Source: Gordonia phage Remus
Length of the DNA stretch: 24,000 nt
Sequence record: NC_031031.1
Direction: 5' to 3' (one strand)
The notes beneath the pieces are model-generated. The model worked only from the letters and a program-made list of their open reading frames with translations, did not search any database and had not been told where the DNA came from. The translations under genes were made by a program, and so were the position numbers. The first letter of the stretch is position 1; each line of letters starts with the position of its first letter. Shown piece by piece: positions 17,087-23,699 of this stretch.

Positions 17087-17104
17087 GGTTAGTCAGTACT
17101 AACC
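17087..17104. repeat. Inverted repeat GGTTAGT-CAGT-ACTAACC
   Basis: Perfect 7-bp arms, 4-nt centre, in the noncoding gap upstream of the repressor. Confidence 0.75.
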
Positions 17105-17269
17105 GAGGTTCGTATCTTGTCCCTGATTTGTAGGTCTTTCTCGTGAGATCCAGTGCCGCGGTGGTTGTATCGGTTTCGGACCGGTGTCCGTTTCACGGAA
17201 CTTTGTTCGATCACTTGTTCGATGGAAGCACTGCAGCGCCCCTCTCCGACACTACGCCGAACCCCCAGG

Positions 17270-17518
17270 TCACCACCCTTTCTCTGCCAGGAACTGCTCC
17301 AGGTTGTGCCGGTGGACCACCCTGCCCCACCAGATGATCAGGTTCTTGGGGATCTGGTCGATCAGAGCTGACACCTCCGGTGCCATGTGACCGAGCTGCG
17401 AGTCCAGCTCGTTGACCGCGATGAACTCCAGGCCGTGGGCGTACATGAACGTCCACAGCTCGAGCGCGGCGTCACGCTCGGTCGATACCTTGGTCTCAGC
17501 TTCAGTCTTGTTGAGCAT
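17270..17518 (-). CDS. Hypothetical protein (82 aa)
   Basis: MLNKTEAETKVSTERDAALELWTFMYAHGLEFIAVNELDSQLGHMAPEVSALIDQIPKNL... Confidence 0.7.
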   Translation of the reverse strand: MLNKTEAETKVSTERDAALELWTFMYAHGLEFIAVNELDSQLGHMAPEVSALIDQIPKNLIIWWGRVVHRHNLEQFLAEKGW

Positions 17519-17774
17519 TGATCCTCCATCTGGTCGTGACGGTCTCAGTCTCGTCGAAGTAGTTGATCGCTTTGAACTCGAGCATCAGCTCGGCGGTCGG
17601 GTAGTAGCTGGTGACCCAGCGGCGGTGCGCCCCGCGCCAGCCTGGAACCTTGGCAGAGGTGACGTGGGCGGTGCCTTCGTCCCGCTTGACCATGGTCTGA
17701 GCCTGCACGACTTCGCCGTACTTCGTGACCAGGTTCGAGGGAACCGGGACAACCGGCGGTGTGTACGTGCTCAT
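17502..17774 (-). CDS. Hypothetical protein (90 aa)
   Basis: MSTYTPPVVPVPSNLVTKYGEVVQAQTMVKRDEGTAHVTSAKVPGWRGAHRRWVTSYYP... Confidence 0.7.
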   Translation of the reverse strand: MSTYTPPVVPVPSNLVTKYGEVVQAQTMVKRDEGTAHVTSAKVPGWRGAHRRWVTSYYPTAELMLEFKAINYFDETETVTTRWRINAQQD

Positions 17775-17947
17775 AAGGATCTACGCGCCTTCGCCCACTT
17801 GAACGGCAGGAAGCCTCCCGAGGCGAGCCATGCGTCGAGTGACTCGAACAGCTCGGTCAACTCGTCGACCTCGGAGGGATCTAGGTCGCATGAGTTGTTC
17901 GAGTCGACGAATCTGCGAATCCTCTCGAGGGTGGTGTCCGGGTCCAT
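17771..17947 (-). CDS. Hypothetical protein (58 aa)
   Basis: Manual translation MDPDTTLERIRRFVDSNNSCDLDPSEVDELTELFESLDAWLASGGFLPFKWAKARRSL; ATGA junction. Confidence 0.65.
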   Translation of the reverse strand: MDPDTTLERIRRFVDSNNSCDLDPSEVDELTELFESLDAWLASGGFLPFKWAKARRSL

Positions 17948-17956
17948 GTCTTGCTC

Positions 17957-18673
17957 CTAGATGGCGAGTGAGTGGTTGAGGGCGGCGTTCTGGCCGTCGC
18001 GCTGGCCGTGCTCGAAGCCTCGGTGGTTGTACGGCGTGGTCTTCCGAACCTCGACCTTGGCGAACCGACGCTTGACAGCTCCTCGAGCGAGATCCTCGTC
18101 GGTGTTGTAGAGCACCAGAGCACTCGACGTCGCCGACTCGAGCGCCTTGGCTTCCTGCTCCTTGATCCGCTGGCCGATGGTGAAGACGTAGCCTCCGATC
18201 CATGCCCGACGGTACGACCGCGTCTGCGCCGCGGTGGGACGGTACAGGTGCTCTGGACGGATCGTCTCCACAAGCCTCAGCATCTGCGGCTGGAGGATCT
18301 CCCACAGGAACTTGACCCGGTCCAGGTGCCGGGGCACGCCGAACACGAACACGGTCATCGGTCCCGAACCTCGACCTGATCGGTACACGGTGCGGCAGTG
18401 CAGCGACTCGGCCAAGGTGTTCAGCAGGGTCATGCGCTGGTAGACGTACTTGCCGGTCAGGTTCAGCGACCACGTCTCTGCCTCCGGCATCTCGGTGACG
18501 TCGAGACCTTGCTTGGTGGCTTCGATCTCGGCCTCGTCCAGGCCGTACTTGGCCATGATGTCGAACGCTCGAGCCTGGAAGATCGCTTCCTCCGGGGTAC
18601 CGGCGACGTCTTCGGCCTGGCGCAGCAGCTTGGCGACCTTGGCTTGCATCTTCTGGGTGCGATCGTTGGTCAT
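17957..18673 (-). CDS. DUF2786-like protein
   Basis: KMQAKVAKLLRQAEDVAGTPEEAIFQARAFDIMAKYGLDEAEI matches the DUF2786 N-terminal pattern. Confidence 0.85.
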   Translation of the reverse strand: MTNDRTQKMQAKVAKLLRQAEDVAGTPEEAIFQARAFDIMAKYGLDEAEIEATKQGLDVTEMPEAETWSLNLTGKYVYQRMTLLNTLAESLHCRTVYRSGRGSGPMTVFVFGVPRHLDRVKFLWEILQPQMLRLVETIRPEHLYRPTAAQTRSYRRAWIGGYVFTIGQRIKEQEAKALESATSSALVLYNTDEDLARGAVKRRFAKVEVRKTTPYNHRGFEHGQRDGQNAALNHSLAI

Positions 18674-18788
18674 GACTCTCCTCGAGATGTGTTGTGTGAG
18701 TGTGTGAAAGCTCCACACCCAGGTCTCGAACCTGGCCACCGACCCTGCGCTAGGTCGGTGCGCTCCCAAAGCTGTGTGGATGGTCTAG

Positions 18789-19070
18789 CTACTTCGGACC
18801 GCCGAAGCCTGCATCCTTGGCGCAGGGCATCACTCGGACCTCTCCGGCCTCGAACAGGCACGCCTGCTTCCATTCATCGGTGCCGACCTCGTACTCGTCG
18901 CTCGCGATGTCTCCGAAGACGGCTTGGGTCCAGTCGGTCCAGTTCTCGGCCTCAGCCGGGTACTGCTCGAACCCTCGACGCTTCTCCTTCGGGAGATCGC
19001 TGCATCCCTTGGCATGGATGCGACAGGCGTAAGCCTGTCCGCTGGGCGATGATTCGACGAACTTGCTCAT
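18789..19070 (-). CDS. Hypothetical protein (93 aa)
   Basis: MSKFVESSPSGQAYACRIHAKGCSDLPKEKRRGFEQYPAEAENWTDWTQAVFGDI... Confidence 0.7.
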   Translation of the reverse strand: MSKFVESSPSGQAYACRIHAKGCSDLPKEKRRGFEQYPAEAENWTDWTQAVFGDIASDEYEVGTDEWKQACLFEAGEVRVMPCAKDAGFGGPK

Positions 19071-19072
19071 AG

Positions 19073-19258
19073 CTAGATGTCCTTGTCTTCGATGAGCGTG
19101 AGATGATCTGGGCTCTCCCAGTTGTCACCGTACGAGTCCCAGTCGACAAGCACATGCTTGTCGTTGAACATGGTTCCTTGCTTCCGGATCACGGTGCCCC
19201 GGTAGGTGACCGAGCCTCGAGAGTCAGAGACCCGGTCACCCAGCGCGAACGATGCCAT
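19073..19258 (-). CDS. Hypothetical protein (61 aa)
   Basis: MASFALGDRVSDSRGSVTYRGTVIRKQGTMFNDKHVLVDWDSYGDNWESPDHLTLIEDKDI. Confidence 0.7.
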   Translation of the reverse strand: MASFALGDRVSDSRGSVTYRGTVIRKQGTMFNDKHVLVDWDSYGDNWESPDHLTLIEDKDI

Positions 19259-19428
19259 CAGCGGTAGTTGCTCGAGTCGACGTACCAGCGGCCATCGAAG
19301 ATGCACGCGGTGCCGTCGGTGTTGCCGTCTTCGTACTCGCAGACCGGCATGGCTTCCACGAACGGAGCCGGGACGTTGTCGGCGAGCGGCGGGAACAGTG
19401 CGATCAGGAAAGTGAGGATGGTGGCCAT
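19258..19428 (-). CDS. Small secreted/anchored protein (56 aa)
   Basis: Manual translation MATILTFLIALFPPLADNVPAPFVEAMPVCEYEDGNTDGTACIFDGRWYVDSSNYR; signal-like N-terminus plus a Cys pair. Confidence 0.6.
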   Translation of the reverse strand: MATILTFLIALFPPLADNVPAPFVEAMPVCEYEDGNTDGTACIFDGRWYVDSSNYR

Positions 19429-19439
19429 GATGGTGCCTT

Positions 19440-19628
19440 TCAGAGGTAATCGCGGGCGTCGGATGTGTGCTTGAGGATCTGCTCCACTGTGTGGTCGATC
19501 AACTCGACCGCGTGCTGGTCCCCGTTGTCTGTGGCGGATTCTTCGAGCAGTAGCTTGAGCCGCCTGATCTCACCGAGAGCGGTGTCCAGACATGCCTTGG
19601 AGTACTGGATGTTGGACGATGCGGACAT
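19440..19628 (-). CDS. Hypothetical protein (62 aa)
   Basis: MSASSNIQYSKACLDTALGEIRRLKLLLEESATDNGDQHAVELIDHTVEQILKHTSDARDYL. Confidence 0.65.
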   Translation of the reverse strand: MSASSNIQYSKACLDTALGEIRRLKLLLEESATDNGDQHAVELIDHTVEQILKHTSDARDYL

Positions 19629-19630
19629 GG

Positions 19631-19729
19631 CTATGCGGCCTTCTTGGTGTCGATCAACTGCTTCCGCAGGTTGACCAGGGTCGGACGCTTGACGAGGTTG
19701 ACGGGCTTGGACAGTGACACCTTGGGCAT
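19631..19729 (-). CDS. Very small basic protein (32 aa), alternative start at 19798 adds a TM-like N-terminus
   Basis: MPKVSLSKPVNLVKRPTLVNLRKQLIDTKKAA behind AGGAG; in-frame upstream MIFVCMTLLAICILYITLSRSPE. Confidence 0.4.
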   Translation of the reverse strand: MPKVSLSKPVNLVKRPTLVNLRKQLIDTKKAA

Positions 19730-19852
19730 TTCGGGGCTCCTCGATAGTGTGATGTACAGGATGCAGATAGCTAACAGGGTCATGCAGACAAAGATCATGG
19801 GATCAGAGTCCGGCGTACTCGGCGATCTCTTCTCGGCTCAGTTCCTCCCACC

Positions 19853-20095
19853 TCATGCGACCAGGACACCTTCCACGACCGGGACCTCGTCGATCTTCCA
19901 GTACCCGGCGATCTCTCCGTTCCGGACGATGTCCCCCGACGGGGTCCGAACGTTCTTGTGCTCGGTGATCTCGATACCTCGAGCCGCGGCAGACGTCCGC
20001 ATCTGCACCAACAGAGACTCCACCGATTCCCCGTCGACTTCGATCGAGTTGACCTCGATGCCTGCGACTACGTGGACAAGGGTTGCTTTGAACAT
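19853..20095 (-). CDS. Hypothetical protein (80 aa)
   Basis: MFKATLVHVVAGIEVNSIEVDGESVESLLVQMRTSAAARGIEITEHKNV... Confidence 0.7.
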   Translation of the reverse strand: MFKATLVHVVAGIEVNSIEVDGESVESLLVQMRTSAAARGIEITEHKNVRTPSGDIVRNGEIAGYWKIDEVPVVEGVLVA

Positions 20096-20220
20096 CAGTA
20101 ATCGACCTCCACAGCCATGTTGACGAACATCGGAATCTCGTAGGTGTCTTGGACCGAGAACGCGAGAGAGTTCTCGAGCTGGATCATGAGCAGGTAGAAC
20201 TGCCGATCGATCTCGTCCAT
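20095..20220 (-). CDS. Hypothetical protein (41 aa)
   Basis: Manual translation MDEIDRQFYLLMIQLENSLAFSVQDTYEIPMFVNMAVEVDY; flanked by overlapping stops/starts. Confidence 0.5.
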   Translation of the reverse strand: MDEIDRQFYLLMIQLENSLAFSVQDTYEIPMFVNMAVEVDY

Positions 20221-20633
20221 CACTTGACCATCGCTTTCAGTTCAGCCTTGATCCGCTTGGCATCTTCGCCGCGCCATGTCCCGGCGTTGGCCAGGAAGTA
20301 TCGGACGATCGAGTCTCCGGAGTCCCACCCGTACTTGTCATCGACGCTCTCGATCGAGCGCATCGCTTCGAGGTAGGGCACAGCTCCGAAGTAGGGCTTC
20401 TTCCATGTCCGGTCGATCTCTCCGGCGATCTCGGACAGAGTCCGGACCTTGGGCGGATTCACCGGCAGACCTTCGGCTTCGAGACTCGCGGTAGCTCGGT
20501 TCAGTTCCCAAGCCTTGTTGATCGCGTTACCCAGGCGCTTGTAGCTCTTGACGATCACGTCGGTGCGAGTGTCCACGACGTCGACATCGAAGGCGCCCTC
20601 TCGGACGATGTAGGTAGCGGTCGGACGGGTCAT
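20220..20633 (-). CDS. Hypothetical protein (137 aa)
   Basis: MTRPTATYIVREGAFDVDVVDTRTDVIVKSYKRLGNAINKAWELNRATASLE... Confidence 0.75.
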   Translation of the reverse strand: MTRPTATYIVREGAFDVDVVDTRTDVIVKSYKRLGNAINKAWELNRATASLEAEGLPVNPPKVRTLSEIAGEIDRTWKKPYFGAVPYLEAMRSIESVDDKYGWDSGDSIVRYFLANAGTWRGEDAKRIKAELKAMVK

Positions 20634-20650
20634 GTCTAGCCTCGATTCTT

Positions 20651-20663
20651 GGGGACTGTCAAG
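20651..20663 (+). promoter_or_regulatory. Stoperator-like 13-mer GGGGACTGTCAAG
   Basis: Core match immediately 3' of the stop at 20664. Confidence 0.8.
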
Positions 20664-21392
20664 TCAGAGGGTTGCGAGTTGGTTGAACTTGTTACGCATG
20701 ATGCCGTGAACCTCGATCACGACGTCTTTGCGGCGTCCGTTGTCGGTGCCTCCGCAGAGCATGCATGCCGAGCAGGTGGTCTTCTTCCCAGCCTCAGCCG
20801 AAGCAGGGCACGAGATCTCACCCTCGAGCCGAGCCGATCCCGTCGGCATGACTCGAAACGTCTTCCATCCGTTGAGCCGTGCCTTGCGTCGGTCCTCGAC
20901 CGTGTCGGCGGAAGCTCGCAGAATCCGGGAGAACCGCGGGTCACAGTCTTCCCACTGGTGTGTGTACCCGGTAGCTCCGGAGCACACCTCGAGGATCGGT
21001 TCCCACACCTCGAACGGGACCATCGCCGGGTCACCGTAGGCACCGAGTCGTACCTTGCGACCAGCGAACCGAGTCACGTCGAAGTCGATCGAACCCTTGG
21101 CCAGGTGCGATGCCATCATCGACCGCGGCCCCTTGGCCGTGTTGACGTAGCAAGTCTGGTTGATACGGTGAGGGCAGTCGCCGCAGATCGCACGATCCAG
21201 ACCTTGAGCCTTGGCTTCGTTCGGGAGCATGCCGTCGACCATGATCCACACCTGGATCATGTCGCCGGTCTTCTCGTTCTTCGACGACGTTGCCTTGCTC
21301 GAGAGCTTGGGCACACCCGTGGCCAGGACCACGATGTCTGTGCCGTCGACTGGGGACTTGCCTTCCCAGATCAGCATTCGTTCGGTAGCCAT
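20664..21392 (-). CDS. Hypothetical protein, Cys-rich (conserved phage type)
   Basis: MATERMLIWEGKSPVDGTDIVVLATGVPKLSSKATSSKNEKTGDMIQVWIM...AICGDCPHR...CPASAEAGKKTTCSACMLCGG. Confidence 0.8.
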   Translation of the reverse strand: MATERMLIWEGKSPVDGTDIVVLATGVPKLSSKATSSKNEKTGDMIQVWIMVDGMLPNEAKAQGLDRAICGDCPHRINQTCYVNTAKGPRSMMASHLAKGSIDFDVTRFAGRKVRLGAYGDPAMVPFEVWEPILEVCSGATGYTHQWEDCDPRFSRILRASADTVEDRRKARLNGWKTFRVMPTGSARLEGEISCPASAEAGKKTTCSACMLCGGTDNGRRKDVVIEVHGIMRNKFNQLATL

Positions 21393-21408
21393 GTCTAGTC
21401 TCCTAGCG

Positions 21409-21421
21409 GGGGATAGTCAAG
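21409..21421 (+). promoter_or_regulatory. Stoperator-like 13-mer GGGGATAGTCAAG
   Basis: Core match in an intergenic gap. Confidence 0.8.
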
Positions 21422-21474
21422 TTCGCTGGCAAACATGACGGTCCCCGAGCCGTAGCTCGGAGCCATCAAACCTG

Positions 21475-21861
21475 TCAGAGAAGTGCGGGGTCACCGTTCC
21501 ATCGGTAGTACATGTCCATGAACCGAACATGGGCGTTGTTCTGTTGGTTGCCCACGTCTTTGTTGTGGTTGAACTTCTGCGCCACCTTCTCGGCAGCTTC
21601 CACGGTCAGGTTGTCCCAGCCATCCTCGACGTCGGGGACGTACATCGACGAGCCGAAGTCTCGAGATGGCTTGATCGGCATCGCATGGGAGTATCCCTCG
21701 AGTCTGAGGGTGCATCGCTGCACGGTCCCGTAGTACTCGTTGCCGTCGACAACCCTCGAGTACTTGAAGTAGTGGGCGATCGATCGGGGGACGTGAACCG
21801 TGAACCCGTTGTCGTGCAGTAGCTGGGCATACTCGCGGAGCTTCTCATCTTTGATGGTCAT
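21475..21861 (-). CDS. Hypothetical protein (128 aa)
   Basis: MTIKDEKLREYAQLLHDNGFTVHVPRSIAHYFKYSRVVDGNEYYGTVQRCTLRLEGYSH... Confidence 0.75.
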   Translation of the reverse strand: MTIKDEKLREYAQLLHDNGFTVHVPRSIAHYFKYSRVVDGNEYYGTVQRCTLRLEGYSHAMPIKPSRDFGSSMYVPDVEDGWDNLTVEAAEKVAQKFNHNKDVGNQQNNAHVRFMDMYYRWNGDPALL

Positions 21862-21863
21862 GT

Positions 21864-22094
21864 CTATCCCTTCGGTGTCATCGAGCGTTCAAACTGTCGA
21901 ACCAGAGTCTCTACTCTCTTCGACGCGGCAGAGTCCCAGGCACACCTGGTGCCTCGAGAGTTGCGGATCTCCCACCGATCCAGCGGGAAAACCTCAGGGT
22001 CGTCGTGGTAGACGGCAGTGTACTTACGACGACCAGCCGTCACATTCCACGACAGCTTACCGTTGCGTTCGACTGCGTTGATGACATCAGGCAT
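21864..22094 (-). CDS. Hypothetical protein (76 aa)
   Basis: MPDVINAVERNGKLSWNVTAGRRKYTAVYHDDPEVFPLDRWEIRNSRG... Confidence 0.7.
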   Translation of the reverse strand: MPDVINAVERNGKLSWNVTAGRRKYTAVYHDDPEVFPLDRWEIRNSRGTRCAWDSAASKRVETLVRQFERSMTPKG

Positions 22095-22096
22095 GC

Positions 22097-22279
22097 CTAC
22101 CCCTTCAACGCTTCGAGTACGAACGTGGGAGTGTGTGAGTCGAGAGCCCACCCGATCTCTTTGATCTCAGGCGTTGCCTCACGATTCAGCTTGTTGTAGA
22201 GCCGGACCGCGGCGAGCTTGGTCAGCTTGCGGACAGCCCACACCTTACCGTCGGTGTCCACTGTGTATACGTTGACCAT
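22097..22279 (-). CDS. Hypothetical protein (60 aa)
   Basis: MVNVYTVDTDGKVWAVRKLTKLAAVRLYNKLNREATPEIKEIGWALDSHTPTFVLEALKG. Confidence 0.7.
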   Translation of the reverse strand: MVNVYTVDTDGKVWAVRKLTKLAAVRLYNKLNREATPEIKEIGWALDSHTPTFVLEALKG

Positions 22280-22282
22280 GTC

Positions 22283-22567
22283 TCAGCCTTCCTGCCATGC
22301 CTTGACCACGATCTTCGAGATCGAGGTGTAGGCGTCATCATCCGGGGTGAAGTCAGCTCGAGTGAACGTGTTCGACATCTCACCCGGCTCACTCTCGGTG
22401 TGCGAGATCCACTGGCCATTGTCCCAGGTCAGCAGCATATTGCCCAGGTGGCGAGCAACCCACGCCTCGACCTGTAGCGAAGACTTGTCCTCGAAGGTCT
22501 CGACGAGCAGCTCGTTCTTGTCCGGGGTGTTGTGGAAGTACTCCAGGTGCAGGGTTGCTTTGTACAT
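22283..22567 (-). CDS. Hypothetical protein, first ORF downstream of the right-end leader
   Basis: MYKATLHLEYFHNTPDKNELLVETFEDKSSLQVEAWVARHLGNMLLTWDNG... Confidence 0.7.
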   Translation of the reverse strand: MYKATLHLEYFHNTPDKNELLVETFEDKSSLQVEAWVARHLGNMLLTWDNGQWISHTESEPGEMSNTFTRADFTPDDDAYTSISKIVVKAWQEG

Positions 22568-22603
22568 GTCTACTCCTAGTGTGAGTGTGGATCATGCCTA
22601 AGT

Positions 22604-22664
22604 GAACTGCCAGAACTTGAATCTGGACCCTACGGTGGTATCGAGGGTGCGAACCTGCCAGTTC
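22604..22664 (-). other. Candidate branched RNA structure in the leader of the leftward transcript
   Basis: Outer arms GAACTG/CAGTTC enclose CCAGA-7nt-TCTGG and ACCCT-12nt-AGGGT. Confidence 0.4.
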
Positions 22665-22707
22665 TAGTGATTGTGTGGTGTGTTCCCGGTCTCTTCCGGT
22701 GAGTCAC

Positions 22708-22723
22708 ACCTAACTCGTTAGGT
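22708..22723. repeat. Inverted repeat ACCTAAC-TC-GTTAGGT
   Basis: Perfect 7-bp arms, TC centre. Confidence 0.7.
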
Positions 22724-22844
22724 TCTGCTGTTCTCTTTCCTGAGATTGTGTCAATAGCGGCGTGATCCCTTTTGGAACTGACGCTCACCTCCACTAGACT
22801 CTCTTCGCTAAACCGTATTGTCCCCGGTCGCTCAAGTCTTAGTG

Positions 22845-22860
22845 TGTCTGATCTCAGACA
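22845..22860. repeat. Inverted repeat TGTCTGA-TC-TCAGACA
   Basis: Perfect 7-bp arms, TC centre. Confidence 0.7.
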
Positions 22861-23113
22861 GCTTATGTATCCAGGGTGCTTACACGTGCCCGGCGTCATG
22901 GGTTCACGTGCCTTGTGTTCAAGCAGACCTTGCTTCATCCATACCTCAGACCTGTTCTCGGGTCGTCCGCAAATCTGAGGGGTTCTGGTAAGGGTCTCAT
23001 ACACCGTTCTGGAGTTATTCACCGAGACCACACTGTTGAAGTGCGCCACTTCCCTGCATTCCCCCTGTCGTTACAGACCAGGTTCGCAGGTGCTCATCTC
23101 GGCTACGGTTCCG

Positions 23114-23144
23114 ATCCTAGCGGACCGGGCGGGGGATTGTCAAG
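23114..23144 (-). promoter_or_regulatory. Candidate leftward early promoter with operator overlapping the -35
   Basis: Minus strand TTGACA (23143..23138), N18, TAGGAT (23119..23114); operator GGGGATTGTCAAG at 23132..23144. Confidence 0.6.
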
Positions 23145-23182
23145 TCCCCCGGTCGAGCGGGTCTAGCTGGTGTTGCCGTTTC

Positions 23183-23213
23183 AATCTAGCAGGTCGACCT
23201 GGTGAGTGTCAAG
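23183..23213 (-). promoter_or_regulatory. Candidate leftward early promoter with operator overlapping the -35
   Basis: Minus strand TTGACA (23212..23207), N18, TAGATT (23188..23183); operator GGTGAGTGTCAAG at 23201..23213. Confidence 0.6.
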
Positions 23214-23309
23214 TCCGGGTCCGTTGGGGTGAGGCCCATAGTCCTCACGTCCCGCAGTGACGTCCCGCATTGGCGAGAACATCCGGGGTACTCGGTCGAT
23301 CTGGTTACC

Positions 23310-23339
23310 ACCCTAGGCGATGTCCGGGGGATTGTCAAA
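23310..23339 (-). promoter_or_regulatory. Candidate leftward promoter with operator GGGGATTGTCAAA
   Basis: Minus strand TTGACA (23338..23333), N17, TAGGGT (23315..23310). Confidence 0.45.
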
Positions 23340-23362
23340 TCCCCTGGTCAGGCCCTGCTCAC

Positions 23363-23378
23363 ACCCCCTAGCGGGGGT
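23363..23378. repeat. GC-rich hairpin ACCCCC-TAGC-GGGGGT
   Basis: Perfect 6-bp arms, 4-nt loop; no U-tract on either side. Confidence 0.6.
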
Positions 23379-23426
23379 TGCGACGTCCGGCTTGCGATCT
23401 CCGGGGCCGAGCTGGTGATGAGAAGA

Positions 23427-23456
23427 ACATTAGACGAGGTTCGGGGGACTGTCAAA
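23427..23456 (-). promoter_or_regulatory. Candidate leftward promoter with operator GGGGACTGTCAAA
   Basis: Minus strand TTGACA (23455..23450), N17, TAATGT (23432..23427). Confidence 0.45.
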
Positions 23457-23699
23457 TCCCCAGGTCAGAGCACTAATTAGGCGATTAGTGATCCATACCG
23501 ACCAAAGAATCCCCCGGTATCGGGCACTTAGTGAGCAGCTTGGCATCCCCTGGTGAGGGCACTAGCTGGGTTAGTGAGTGTGTTGATCCGACTGTCGATG
23601 GTCGGTTAGCCGATTGGCTGATGGTCCGGACTTAAGCCGAATAAGGACCCATACCGGTCATAGGTTGAGCAGCTTGGCCAACGTCATGGTGTCCACCTA

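Noticed and set aside
17781-18716. 311-aa minus-strand ORF (MELSHTHTTHLEESHDQRSHPED...)
   Set aside because: Out-of-frame shadow of the DUF2786-like gene 17957..18673; His/Arg-rich low-complexity translation.
20649-21398. 249-aa plus-strand ORF
   Set aside because: Antisense to the Cys-rich conserved hypothetical 20664..21392.
22604-22664. Possible tRNA
   Set aside because: One arm looks like an anticodon arm, but there is no D arm, no TTCRA T-loop, and U33 is missing on the plus strand. Kept only as a structured element.
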